The position numbers and the translations under genes are program-made. A DNA stretch of 64,000 nucleotides from a virus. Its lineage: Duplodnaviria > Caudoviricetes. The DNA is taken from IMG/VR virus record IMGVR_UViG_3300021387_000688. One strand, 5' to 3'. The notes under the pieces are model-generated. The model was not told where the DNA came from. It saw nothing but the letters and a program-made list of their open reading frames with translations, and did not search any database. Positions 48,051 through 58,266 of this stretch are shown here, piece by piece; within the stretch, counting starts at the first letter, position 1, and every line of letters begins with the position of its first letter.

Positions 48051-49439
48051 TTACTTAAGTTCGTAACTTACATCTTTTTGAATGATTTCTACATTCTTAA
48101 ATCCATTTGTATTTAGATATTTTTGCAAGAAGTCTTGAGCCTCTTTATCACCATGTACTAAGAAAATCTTTTTAAGTTTAGAAGTATCAATTTTCTTTAA
48201 CCATTCTACTTGCTCTTCAAAATCTGCATGAGAAGAAAATGCACTTAAGCTTTGAACCTCTGCATTTAATTTATGCTCATCTCCTTCAATATTTACAATA
48301 GGATTCTTTTCAAGAATATCTCTACCTAAAGTACCTTCTCCTTGATAACCAACTAACAATATAGTATTACGAGGATTAGAAACTCCAAACTGTAAATGAT
48401 TGATGATACGGCCACCTTCACACATACCTGAACTTGCCAATACAATACAAGGCTTTCTACTTCTGGCAACTTCAACACTTTCTTTGAAATCATTTACGCA
48501 ATGTAAACTACCTACAGAGAATGGGTTCTTACCTTTACTTACAAAGTTGTTTTGAATATTTTCATTGAAACATTCTGGGTGAATATTAAATACACCTGTA
48601 GCATTAACAGCCATTGGAGAATCAATATATACAGGTATTCTAGGTATCTTCTCTTCTCTCATTAAGTTCTTCAAATAATAAACTAACTCTTGTGCACGTT
48701 CAATTGCAAAGGTAGGTATAATAACTTTACCACCTCTTTCAATAGTTCTGTTTATAATATTTGCAAACTCTTTTAATGCCAATCCCGCATCTTGGTGTTT
48801 GCGATTTCCATAAGTACTTTCCATTACGATGTAATCTGGTGCAGGGAAAGAAGTCTCCGGAGGATTAGTAATAGGGTTGTTAGCTCTACCCAAATCTCCT
48901 GTAAACAAAATATGCATTGGCGTTTTTAACAAACCGAAAAACTTTTTTCTTTTGATTTCTAAATCTACTAAAGCAGATCCTAAGATATGACCCGCATCGT
49001 AAAAAGTAATTTTTACATTATCATTAAGATGTTTCTCTTTATGATAGAAGTGACATCTAAATTGATTAATAGTTTTTACAACATCACTTTCTTCATAGTA
49101 AGATCCGAGCTTTTCATGTTTTTGAATTTTAGCAGAGTCTAGCATTATGATAGAAGATAAATCTCTCGTGGCTGGAGTAGATCTAATCTTTCCTTCATAA
49201 CCTTCTTTTACAAGTTTAGGTAATAGACCACAATGGTCAAAATGTGCATGGGTTAGAATGATTGTTTCTATATCTTTTATATCTATAGGACAAACAAAAT
49301 CTTTATTCTTTTGCTGATCTTCTTGATTGCCTTGCCATGCACCGTAGTCAATCAAGATATATTTATCATCTAATTTCAAAAAATGCTTAGACCCTGTAAC
49401 TTCGCCTACCGCACCAAAACTTTTTAATTCTACCTTCAA
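48051..49439 (-). CDS. MBL-fold beta-CASP ribonuclease (CPSF/Ysh1-like)
   Basis: GEVTGS, THAHFDH, AGHILGS, FTGD, ESTYG, SSHAD, LVHGD. Confidence 0.92.
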   Translation of the reverse strand: MKVELKSFGAVGEVTGSKHFLKLDDKYILIDYGAWQGNQEDQQKNKDFVCPIDIKDIETIILTHAHFDHCGLLPKLVKEGYEGKIRSTPATRDLSSIIMLDSAKIQKHEKLGSYYEESDVVKTINQFRCHFYHKEKHLNDNVKITFYDAGHILGSALVDLEIKRKKFFGLLKTPMHILFTGDLGRANNPITNPPETSFPAPDYIVMESTYGNRKHQDAGLALKEFANIINRTIERGGKVIIPTFAIERAQELVYYLKNLMREEKIPRIPVYIDSPMAVNATGVFNIHPECFNENIQNNFVSKGKNPFSVGSLHCVNDFKESVEVARSRKPCIVLASSGMCEGGRIINHLQFGVSNPRNTILLVGYQGEGTLGRDILEKNPIVNIEGDEHKLNAEVQSLSAFSSHADFEEQVEWLKKIDTSKLKKIFLVHGDKEAQDFLQKYLNTNGFKNVEIIQKDVSYELK

Positions 49440-49474
49440 GTTGAACTCCTGTAGTAAATTAAGTTTTAATGTAT

Positions 49475-49735
49475 TTAGTCTACTTCCTCTAATAGGTTCA
49501 ATTGTTTCTTACATAAACAATCTTTTACAAAATTATAGTAAGCTCTACATTCTTTAAGTACTTCTTTTTTACAGCTTTCTGTGAATGCGAAATTACGAGA
49601 ACTTATGACCCAACCGGTTGGGTCTAAAGCTATAACGACATGCATAGTTTCTGTCATTTCCGCTATCAGAGCAGTCCCGGCAGAATACTTATGAGATGTG
49701 ATTAATTTCTTACCGAAGTTTAATATGTTCTGCAT
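49475..49735 (-). CDS. hypothetical protein
   Basis: ORF track. Confidence 0.55.
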   Translation of the reverse strand: MQNILNFGKKLITSHKYSAGTALIAEMTETMHVVIALDPTGWVISSRNFAFTESCKKEVLKECRAYYNFVKDCLCKKQLNLLEEVD

Positions 49736-49749
49736 TCTTAAAAAATTAG

Positions 49750-51147
49750 CTAAGCCTCCAATCCTACAAAGTCATCATCCATTCCTATTAAACCATTCAA
49801 CGGAACTGATTGAGGCTCTGGAAGATCTTCTGATTCATTGATTTGACGATTATTCAAATCTTCAGCATTACCTGTTTCTGTGGCTAATGGTAAAGTTTCA
49901 TTTTCCCAGATAGGTGTCGTAAACTTAAGAGGTATAGTATTGAAACCTCCATTAATGTCCCTTGCAACAAACATTACTTCATATTCACTGTTAGGGAACA
50001 TGTCAGGAAGTATAACATGGTTAACGTGACAATCTGTAACATAAATTGCTTGATGACCAGGAATTATAATATCGGTTCTATACCAATATTGATTAGTAGC
50101 CGGCTTAGTTATGAAATCTATATAAACATCTACCTTGCCAGTCTTTGGATCAACTACAGTTTTATCTGCATTATATTTTAACCTATTAAATTGAATTTGT
50201 ACAGGTTGATTAAATAAACCTTCCAACATTTCTACCGCCATTGTAGAAGGGATTACAGATGCAATTTGCTTAAATGTTTTCTCATCGCAATCCTTATATT
50301 GTAACCCACTTAACAATTCTGCTTGTCTTATAGCTACTTCATTTAAAGTAGCTTCTGGGGTATAGCAGTTTTTGAATCCTAATAGTTTTTCTGTAAAAGC
50401 CAATACAGCTTTTTGAGTATAATATTCTGGCTGACCATCTTCCCAAGTATCTTTATTGATAGTAGTTTCTTTCCATTTATAAGGAAGAGGAACTGCATTC
50501 AATCCTCTATGTACATGGCACTGACAAGTTTCTATTTTAAGGGTCAATACCATTGCATGCATATGATTTTCGGACAACCATTGGGTTTCATTTTTACCAA
50601 AATCGTTAGATGTTTTAATATTATCAATAGTTATAAATACTGGGAGCTTTAAAGTTTTATTTCTCCAATAGATATCCTGTAAATATTTTACAGGGAATTT
50701 ACTATGGGATTCTGTTAGAGCAATTCTGTGGGCTACTGCCAAATCATTTGCACCATAGAAGAATAATTGAACTTTAGCTTGCATTTCTACATTCATAAAA
50801 TGTAAATAATCTTCTAGCTCTTCATCGTAGTAACCAACCCATTCAGAAGCAGATACTGATTTTATAATTTTTGGTTCGGAGATAAAATTATAACTTGCAA
50901 AAGGTAATTGCAAATCTGTATATTGTATCCCGCCATTTATTGTCTCTATACCATTAGCTAATGTTTCTAATCTTTTTCTAAATGCATATTCCGGGTTTGT
51001 ATAAATAACTCTGGTAAAATCAATTCCAAAGAACAAATGTGCAATATAATCTGAAATTGCATATCTTACACTGGCCCTTGTATCCATATAGCTTTTACCA
51101 GCTATAATACTGTCATAATATGATTTATATGTTTGCTCAATTCCCAT
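49750..51147 (-). CDS. hypothetical protein, possibly virion structural
   Basis: 465 aa; C-terminal PNSEYEV FN3-like segment; CTAATT-N5-ATG. Confidence 0.6.
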   Translation of the reverse strand: MGIEQTYKSYYDSIIAGKSYMDTRASVRYAISDYIAHLFFGIDFTRVIYTNPEYAFRKRLETLANGIETINGGIQYTDLQLPFASYNFISEPKIIKSVSASEWVGYYDEELEDYLHFMNVEMQAKVQLFFYGANDLAVAHRIALTESHSKFPVKYLQDIYWRNKTLKLPVFITIDNIKTSNDFGKNETQWLSENHMHAMVLTLKIETCQCHVHRGLNAVPLPYKWKETTINKDTWEDGQPEYYTQKAVLAFTEKLLGFKNCYTPEATLNEVAIRQAELLSGLQYKDCDEKTFKQIASVIPSTMAVEMLEGLFNQPVQIQFNRLKYNADKTVVDPKTGKVDVYIDFITKPATNQYWYRTDIIIPGHQAIYVTDCHVNHVILPDMFPNSEYEVMFVARDINGGFNTIPLKFTTPIWENETLPLATETGNAEDLNNRQINESEDLPEPQSVPLNGLIGMDDDFVGLEA

Positions 51148-51206
51148 AAAATAATTAGCCTGGAATTCGAATGCATATACTAATTTTTTAATAAGGAATA
51201 AAACCT

Positions 51207-51641
51207 ATGAAGAAAGAACCTAAAATAAAAACTTTGTTAGGACTCCATGAAGAAGAGTTGTTATTAAAAGAATCTCCTACTACACGCCAACAGAAGAAAA
51301 ATGATAAGAAAGCTGCAGAAGAAAAAGCCAAAAAAGCTGTAGAAGATTCTTCCACAAAAACCGTGACAGAAGAGCCAGAAGAAAAACCTATAGAAGAAAA
51401 ACCTATAGAAGAAAAGCCAGAAGAAAAACCCGCACCTTCTAAATCTAAAGAAGATGAGATTAATGATAAGCTTGAAGGTTTTATTTCTAATATGGTTTTA
51501 TCTGCTTGGAACTTTGAAGAAAATAAAGGTAAAACAGAAATTTTAATAAAAGCCTTGAAGAGGGTATTAAACCTTGCAAACTCATTACGTAAATTAGAAG
51601 TGAAAGAAACAGCTGAGGAGGTGGAAAATGAAAAAGCATAA
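51207..51641 (+). CDS. hypothetical protein with EEKP repeats
   Basis: EEKPIEEKPIEEKPEEKP. Confidence 0.7.
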   Translation: MKKEPKIKTLLGLHEEELLLKESPTTRQQKKNDKKAAEEKAKKAVEDSSTKTVTEEPEEKPIEEKPIEEKPEEKPAPSKSKEDEINDKLEGFISNMVLSAWNFEENKGKTEILIKALKRVLNLANSLRKLEVKETAEEVENEKA

Positions 51642-53730
51642 TAATAAATTAATTAAAAAATTATTAAACCTCAAAGAGGATTATACATTGACCTTGGAAG
51701 AAGGTAAAGATGAAGAGGAATTACAAGTACTTTCCGAACAAATTAATTTTGATGAATACTCTAAATTGCTCGCAATATACGACTCAGAAATTTATCCAGC
51801 AACAATAAAAGCTTTTTCTTCTTTAGAAGAAGTAGTAATTTTAAATGGTATTTCAAAAAACATTTCTGGAAGTGATAAACCTAAAGGTAAAGATTTGAAG
51901 GAATTAATAAACTATCTTGAAAAAGTTTATAAAGAAAACCCCAAGGATTTTAAAAAGGCACTTGAAAGTTTTTTATATACAAAATTTGCAGAATTGTTTG
52001 AAACCCAATATAAACTTTACGACAAAAATAATCCCGGAAAGCTTATCAATAAGAAGAAGAATGGTAATGGAAATGCCCCAGAACACCATGTGGTGCTTCA
52101 AAAATCTCAAACTAAAGAAGGAGGAGTATATGAAGAACCAGACATTACAGATATTTATTTCAAAAAGTTTTTACCGGATTTTAGTAAAAAAATAACAGAA
52201 CAAATTAAAGCTCAATTTGAGAAAAAAGAGCCTAAAAAAGAAGAACCTAAGAAGGATAAAGAAGAAGTTTCTGAAAAAGAACAAGAATTAAAAAACATTG
52301 CAGAAAAATTAGGATTGTCGATTGAAGAACCTTCTACTACTCCAGATAAAAAAGATACTAGCGATTTCCAGAAAAAAGCTAGCGCTTTTGAAAGCTTATT
52401 ACAAAAGCAAAACCCTTTAGATATCACTAATGGTGCAATCAAATTATTGGATGCAGCTTCTGAATGTTTTAATGTAGAGGGTGCTCCAAAATCTATAGAA
52501 AATTCTATAAAACCAATTGTAAAAAATTTAGATGAAATGTTGGAACCTTCTGAAGGAGAATTACTCAACGAGGCCAACCCAGAGGATCAATCTGCTAAAA
52601 GCGATGGCATTGTAAATAAAGGTGGAATGGAAATAAAGGCAGAATCTGAGGCAAGTGGAGAAATTCTTAAATTTGCAAGAGAAGGCAAATATATAGAAAT
52701 CATTAACAAGTTGGAGAGCAAGACTGAATTGCATGCATTGGCTTATGCATTAACACTTCTCAGAATGCTAGTCACCCATCCAGATGCTTTTGGTTCTGTA
52801 GGAAAAGTAATTTCGAAAAATAATGATTTGCACGCGGATATGACAAGCGTGTATGTACATTATATGGCAGTGCTTTTCAAAGAATATTTCCATCCAATTT
52901 TCTACAACCCAGATGGTCAGCTTTCTTTCAATATGCATGATGCAAAAGCAGCTGAAACAGCCCTTATTTCTTTCCAAAAACTGATTCAGGCTTCTGCAGA
53001 CAATTTTCCTATAGGTGCAGAGTTTCTTAGCTTTATAAGTGGTAACGGCATGGCAAGAAGCGATAAAGGTAGTACCGGTACTGCTGCGCAAGATTTATCC
53101 CTTGCAATAACGGGTCTTATGGACGCAGCTACAAATTTAGAAAGGAAAAATTTAGATATAACTTCTAAGAAAGAATTATTAAATTGGAGAAAGAAAGATT
53201 GCAAAGCAGCTCACGAAGCATTTGATTCTCAATTAAAGGAAAAATTGGCAAAATGCTTTGAGGAAATGTTGAAAGCTACTTTTACTGTAAAGAAGGGGGA
53301 TAAAGAAATAGAAGTACCTATTTCAAATTACATGTTTGATGTAGAAATCCCTAGACGTTTTAAGAAATGCTTGAATGCAGGAAATCAGGAATTTGAAGAT
53401 TTCATTAAAGCTTATTACGATGAATCTATTATAAAGGATACTAAATCCAAAATATTGAAAAAATATTTTGATGCAGTGGCTGGAACAAAAGAAGACGCAT
53501 CAATAGCTTATAAAGAAAAGGATGCCAACCAAGCAGCAGAAGACGTGGAGAATGACGAAAAGGATTCTTTAAAAGATTTTATGCTTAAAAATGGCTTCTC
53601 TCCAGAAGATGTAAAAAATTCAGAAAATGAAACAGAAGATGAACCGGAAGAAAAATCTCAAGGAGGGGAAGAAGGATCTGAAAATGAAAAACCTGAAACT
53701 AATGAAACCCCTAAGGAAGAGGGGAAATAA
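51628..53730 (+). CDS. large K/E-rich hypothetical protein
   Basis: 700 aa ORF, GAGGAGG RBS. Confidence 0.75.
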   Translation: MKKHNNKLIKKLLNLKEDYTLTLEEGKDEEELQVLSEQINFDEYSKLLAIYDSEIYPATIKAFSSLEEVVILNGISKNISGSDKPKGKDLKELINYLEKVYKENPKDFKKALESFLYTKFAELFETQYKLYDKNNPGKLINKKKNGNGNAPEHHVVLQKSQTKEGGVYEEPDITDIYFKKFLPDFSKKITEQIKAQFEKKEPKKEEPKKDKEEVSEKEQELKNIAEKLGLSIEEPSTTPDKKDTSDFQKKASAFESLLQKQNPLDITNGAIKLLDAASECFNVEGAPKSIENSIKPIVKNLDEMLEPSEGELLNEANPEDQSAKSDGIVNKGGMEIKAESEASGEILKFAREGKYIEIINKLESKTELHALAYALTLLRMLVTHPDAFGSVGKVISKNNDLHADMTSVYVHYMAVLFKEYFHPIFYNPDGQLSFNMHDAKAAETALISFQKLIQASADNFPIGAEFLSFISGNGMARSDKGSTGTAAQDLSLAITGLMDAATNLERKNLDITSKKELLNWRKKDCKAAHEAFDSQLKEKLAKCFEEMLKATFTVKKGDKEIEVPISNYMFDVEIPRRFKKCLNAGNQEFEDFIKAYYDESIIKDTKSKILKKYFDAVAGTKEDASIAYKEKDANQAAEDVENDEKDSLKDFMLKNGFSPEDVKNSENETEDEPEEKSQGGEEGSENEKPETNETPKEEGK

Positions 53731-53769
53731 GTAACCCAAACTATATTAAAAAATAGGAGTCAACATTTT

Positions 53770-54195
53770 ATGAGTGATAAAGTAACTTACGATGACGTAT
53801 ACCAGATAGCCGCTGAAGTTTGCGAAGATATGATTACAAAGTTTCTTCGCAATTTAGTAAAACTTGTACCAGATGCGGAAGAAGAAGTAGATGATTTACA
53901 AGAGTCTCAATATAGGGAATTGCAGGAGTATAGAGCCCAAGTAGGTAAATCTAAGAAGCAGATGAGAGAAGATCTTGTATATGGCAAGAAACCTACAAAG
54001 TCTGTAGATTATGCTCCAGATGAGATTGTAGAAGAAAATGCAGATGATGAATTTGCAAAAATTGCACACCCTGAAACTGACGGAGAAAATTGGAACCCTA
54101 TGATGGGTACAGAAGATGATATTCTTAATCAAATTCCTTTAAAGACTGGTAACCTTGTAGAAGCTCAGATGAATGCAGCGGGAACAGGAAACTAA
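53770..54195 (+). CDS. acidic hypothetical protein
   Basis: AGGAG RBS. Confidence 0.7.
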   Translation: MSDKVTYDDVYQIAAEVCEDMITKFLRNLVKLVPDAEEEVDDLQESQYRELQEYRAQVGKSKKQMREDLVYGKKPTKSVDYAPDEIVEENADDEFAKIAHPETDGENWNPMMGTEDDILNQIPLKTGNLVEAQMNAAGTGN

Positions 54196-54226
54196 CTTAA
54201 TATAAAAGTAAGTTAGGAGATGTACA

Positions 54227-55876
54227 ATGAAACAATCAGATTTAAAGATTCTTATAAAAAAAGTGCAAAACGAATGTGCACTTGAAGAACCTACTAAAAT
54301 AACGTACTATTGGAATGATGATGGAAAATTAGTTTTTAAGCTTTTCTTTGATTCTTTAATTATCCCAGAAGAGCTTATGGTAGATGAGGATAATATTTCA
54401 AAATGCTTCTCTGAACAAAATGTTTATGAATTTGAAGATGACTTTGTAATCAAAGAATTGAATAGAGAAAAAGGCTTTGTAGAAATAATTCCGGACGATC
54501 AGAAGTTTAAAGTTATCAATTCTTATAAGGACTATAACGAAGATGAGAAAGTAGAAAAAGATCATAAAGAAGAATCTGTAGTACGTTTAGCCGGTAATAG
54601 GATTTCAGAAGATTTTGCAAAAACAAAAGGTTTTATTTTGAGAGAATCTGAAGAAGGTGTAGCTGCAAATTCTTATCCATACATTTTCATAGCATTTACA
54701 ATGTATATGTTAAATGATGGTAATAAACAAGAATTTGTAAAATATTTGAATACCCTATTCGAGTTGGCGAAAACGTTTTCAGAAAAGCCAAAATTAAAAT
54801 TAATAATAAATGTACCTCAAACTACAGAACAATTCACTGGGGTAGAAGCCTTTTCGAACTTACCACTCTTGTTTAAGCAAATTGAAAAATTTGAGGACAT
54901 GATTTATATTTTAAATTCAGATAAATGTACAGATATTATAAGAACCGCAGATCCTGCCAAAAGTATATTTTATACTGCGGGTACAGATATGGTATCTTCT
55001 CTACAAAAAGCTGGAGCATCTAAATTTAAAAACAATTCTAAATTATATAATGAAATAGATGAATATTATAAAAAGAATTGTTTAGCAGCTTATAACGCAT
55101 TTTTTGAAAAGAGTAAAAAATCTTATGAAGCAGCTACTAAAGCTGCAGATGCTATAGTAAAAGCCTTTTTGAAGCATTATAATGTCAAAGAACATGCGGC
55201 TCCAGATGCGGTAGCTAAGAAATTTAAAAATTCTCCAGAGTGGCCAAAAGCTTTTGAAGAATATACAGCTATTAAAGATCAGAACCCTCCTTCCGTGGAA
55301 TGGAGGTCTATGCATTTTATAGAGATGTATTTCTCAGAAGGTAAAGATCAAGAACAATTAGAAGATTCTACAGGTTGGAAAGCAGCTCTTAAGGATTTGT
55401 CCAAAATTAATACTAAAGCCATTAAAGACCTTAAAGATTGTTTTAGCAGAGGAACCCCCGTAGGTATAACTACTGTTATGGGTACCTTGGCGAAAGATAC
55501 AGGATCTACTATTGCAAGTTTATTGGCAAATAAGTCAGCCGGGGGGTCTAATAAAAAAGGGGATTATTGGCAAGACGATGGAATGAAGGATGGGGTTTCT
55601 GGAGCGGGTGTAGATTTTGGGGACAAAGAACCTGAAAAGAAAGTAAAAGGAGATTTGATCAATCCTTTATATTTCTTCCTTGTATATATATTCTTTGCAT
55701 CGAATAAAAAACCTTTAAATACCGTAAAAGAAGAATTGACTTTTGATCCTACTAACATAAAGATAAAGAAATCTAGTGAAGAAAATCAATCCAATGAAAA
55801 AGACGCGAACTCTAAAGAAGATACAAAACCTAAAGAACCAACTAAAGATAGAGACGGAAAGAAGGACGAACATTAA
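54227..55876 (+). CDS. large hypothetical protein
   Basis: 549 aa ORF, AGGAG RBS. Confidence 0.75.
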   Translation: MKQSDLKILIKKVQNECALEEPTKITYYWNDDGKLVFKLFFDSLIIPEELMVDEDNISKCFSEQNVYEFEDDFVIKELNREKGFVEIIPDDQKFKVINSYKDYNEDEKVEKDHKEESVVRLAGNRISEDFAKTKGFILRESEEGVAANSYPYIFIAFTMYMLNDGNKQEFVKYLNTLFELAKTFSEKPKLKLIINVPQTTEQFTGVEAFSNLPLLFKQIEKFEDMIYILNSDKCTDIIRTADPAKSIFYTAGTDMVSSLQKAGASKFKNNSKLYNEIDEYYKKNCLAAYNAFFEKSKKSYEAATKAADAIVKAFLKHYNVKEHAAPDAVAKKFKNSPEWPKAFEEYTAIKDQNPPSVEWRSMHFIEMYFSEGKDQEQLEDSTGWKAALKDLSKINTKAIKDLKDCFSRGTPVGITTVMGTLAKDTGSTIASLLANKSAGGSNKKGDYWQDDGMKDGVSGAGVDFGDKEPEKKVKGDLINPLYFFLVYIFFASNKKPLNTVKEELTFDPTNIKIKKSSEENQSNEKDANSKEDTKPKEPTKDRDGKKDEH

Positions 55877-56103
55877 TGTTTATAGAATACAAATGCAAGA
55901 AATGCGGGGCAGAAAGATGTTTTTCTGCCGTACAGAAAGATAAAGTGATTTGTAAAAAATGTGGCAATGAAATGGAGTCGACTCAAGACAATATTAGCAT
56001 TGACCAGTATACTACTCCAGAGGCCAGATATTTGGCAGATGAAGCAATCTATAATACAATAGGAGATAGGTATTCACAGAAGCATAGATTAGAGCATCTG
56101 TAA
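55876..56103 (+). CDS. zinc-ribbon (FmdB-like) protein
   Basis: EYKCKKCG...CKKCG. Confidence 0.7.
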   Translation: MFIEYKCKKCGAERCFSAVQKDKVICKKCGNEMESTQDNISIDQYTTPEARYLADEAIYNTIGDRYSQKHRLEHL

Positions 56104-56114
56104 CTATATAATAT

Positions 56115-58199
56115 ATGGCAAACGATTTAGAAGGACATGACAACAGTAAATTAGCTGATGAAATAAGGAGAACTTCCAGGGTTGGATTATTCCAACGTTT
56201 GGCAGCTCGTTTTGGTTTTGGCGTTAGAAAAGTAGCACCGAAATCTAAACAATCGGATATTAAACTTATTCAGAGGCCAACAGATCAACAACTCAATGTT
56301 AAGAACAGTTCAGAAGAATTGGAACTTATAAGTAAGTTAATGAAAGGCGGGCACATGAGTTCGTCTGTACAAGACTTGTTCCAAGAATGGATGAACGATA
56401 CTCAAACTTCTTATGCAAACATTGAAGAAAGAGAAGAAAGATTAAATGCATTAACTCATATGATCGACAACGATGTATATGCAATGGCTGCAGTAGAACT
56501 TGTTGCAGCTGAAGTTGCTATGTTAACTGAGAATGATGTATTTACTGTTTTAAGTGAAGATGAAAAATGGCAAGAAGAAACTAACAACTTGCTAAACAAT
56601 GTTTGGGGATTTGAACAACCAACTATTTATTCTTTGGCATGGGATTTATTTGCATATGGAGAAGCCTTTCAAGGTAATGAAGTTTCTAGTGCAGGTATTG
56701 TAAGTTTTCAACCACTGAAAACAAACGAAGTTGTAGAGCGTCTTGAATTTAAGCCTATGGAAGTTGCAGACTTCGTAGCACAGATGAATAACTCTCCTCG
56801 TAGTACAGGATTTGCTTTTAGTATTCAAAATGCGTACCAAGGTACTTTTGAAAATACCAACTTGCAATTCAATTGGGGTAACCAATCTAAACATTATCAA
56901 TCGAAGAGTGAATTATTGAAGAATTATCTTACAAACTTAAGTGATACAAGTGCTAATGAATTCTTTACCCCTCACTTACTTGGTTATAGATTATACAATG
57001 ATGAAATGGTAGGTCCATGGCAGATCGTGCACTATAGATATCAAGCAGATACTTCAGAGTTTAAGCCATATGGTAGACCTCCTTTACTTTCTTGTTTGTC
57101 TGCTTTCAAACAGATGCAGAGGCAATTAGGATTGGACGATTTAAGGCAATTACTATCTTTCCCTATTACTCAGTTTGTAGTAAATACAGGTAACACTACA
57201 ACCGCACGTGCATTTGATATAGTAAATACTGTGAAGGAAGAATTTGAAAACGTAGGATTGATGTCTTATTCTTCAGGTATGGAGGGTCCTAGCCTTTGTA
57301 CAAATATTTGGACTTCTAATGACTTACTTGAAATTAAAAAGACAGAAGGAAGTAACCCTTCAGATGCAGGTACAACAGATAAATTAAAATTCTTCCAGGA
57401 CAGGGTAGTAGTAGCTTCTGGTGTACCAAAAACATATTTGGACCCAACTTCAGAAGGTTTCCAGATGTCGGGAGTTGCATTAACAGCTTTGTTCCAGCCA
57501 TTTAGGACAAAGATTGAAACTATTAGACATATCATCTTGGCAGAAGTAGAAGATAGAATTAGGTTGCATTATTCTATTCTTAATAGAGAAGTACCTGATT
57601 TCGTTATTACAATGAATGTATTGAATCCGGTAGCTACAGATGACATGGGTCAAAAGTTGCAATTGGCAGATTCTATTTTGGAAGCAGTTGCAGGATTGTT
57701 ACAAGTAGAAAAAGAAGCTTTACCTCAAGAAGTTAAGAAAGATGTTTTGATGAAATATGCAAACTTCTCTGAAGCCGAATTGGATAAGTACATTGATACT
57801 CTTAAGAAAGAAGGTCCAGAAGAACCTCCTGTAGATAGTGTAAGTGAAGAAGAAGCTGAAACCGGTTTTGGGGATGCAGGTTTCGAAGAGGAAGGTGGTT
57901 TCGAAGAGGAAGGCGGAAGTGAAATGGGTGGAGAAGAAATGGGAGAAAGTTTCTCTACTAGAAGTTATAATAACATAAAACGCCACTTAATCGAAAAGAG
58001 ATATAAGGCTCATAGCGAAGGCGAAATGTTGTATTACTTGACAGAATCTTTAGGTTCTTTGCAAACCCGAAAACATACATGTCACTATTGCCATAAATTC
58101 AATAGCCCATTTAACGAAGAAGCTTCTAATTTTATTAAATCTAAGAAACTTACAAAGCAGAAGTTAACTGAACGTTCTAAAAAAAGTTCTAAAAAATAA
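56115..58199 (+). CDS. portal protein (T4 gp20-like)
   Basis: YGEAF, QIVHYR, PYGRPPL, FFQDRVVVASGVPKTYL; acidic Gly-rich C-terminal extension. Confidence 0.75.
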   Translation: MANDLEGHDNSKLADEIRRTSRVGLFQRLAARFGFGVRKVAPKSKQSDIKLIQRPTDQQLNVKNSSEELELISKLMKGGHMSSSVQDLFQEWMNDTQTSYANIEEREERLNALTHMIDNDVYAMAAVELVAAEVAMLTENDVFTVLSEDEKWQEETNNLLNNVWGFEQPTIYSLAWDLFAYGEAFQGNEVSSAGIVSFQPLKTNEVVERLEFKPMEVADFVAQMNNSPRSTGFAFSIQNAYQGTFENTNLQFNWGNQSKHYQSKSELLKNYLTNLSDTSANEFFTPHLLGYRLYNDEMVGPWQIVHYRYQADTSEFKPYGRPPLLSCLSAFKQMQRQLGLDDLRQLLSFPITQFVVNTGNTTTARAFDIVNTVKEEFENVGLMSYSSGMEGPSLCTNIWTSNDLLEIKKTEGSNPSDAGTTDKLKFFQDRVVVASGVPKTYLDPTSEGFQMSGVALTALFQPFRTKIETIRHIILAEVEDRIRLHYSILNREVPDFVITMNVLNPVATDDMGQKLQLADSILEAVAGLLQVEKEALPQEVKKDVLMKYANFSEAELDKYIDTLKKEGPEEPPVDSVSEEEAETGFGDAGFEEEGGFEEEGGSEMGGEEMGESFSTRSYNNIKRHLIEKRYKAHSEGEMLYYLTESLGSLQTRKHTCHYCHKFNSPFNEEASNFIKSKKLTKQKLTERSKKSSKK

Positions 58200-58266
58200 T
58201 TTCATACCTTAATCTCTTTGCTATAATTAAAAGCATAACAAAGAGATAAGGATGAGGTTACAATAA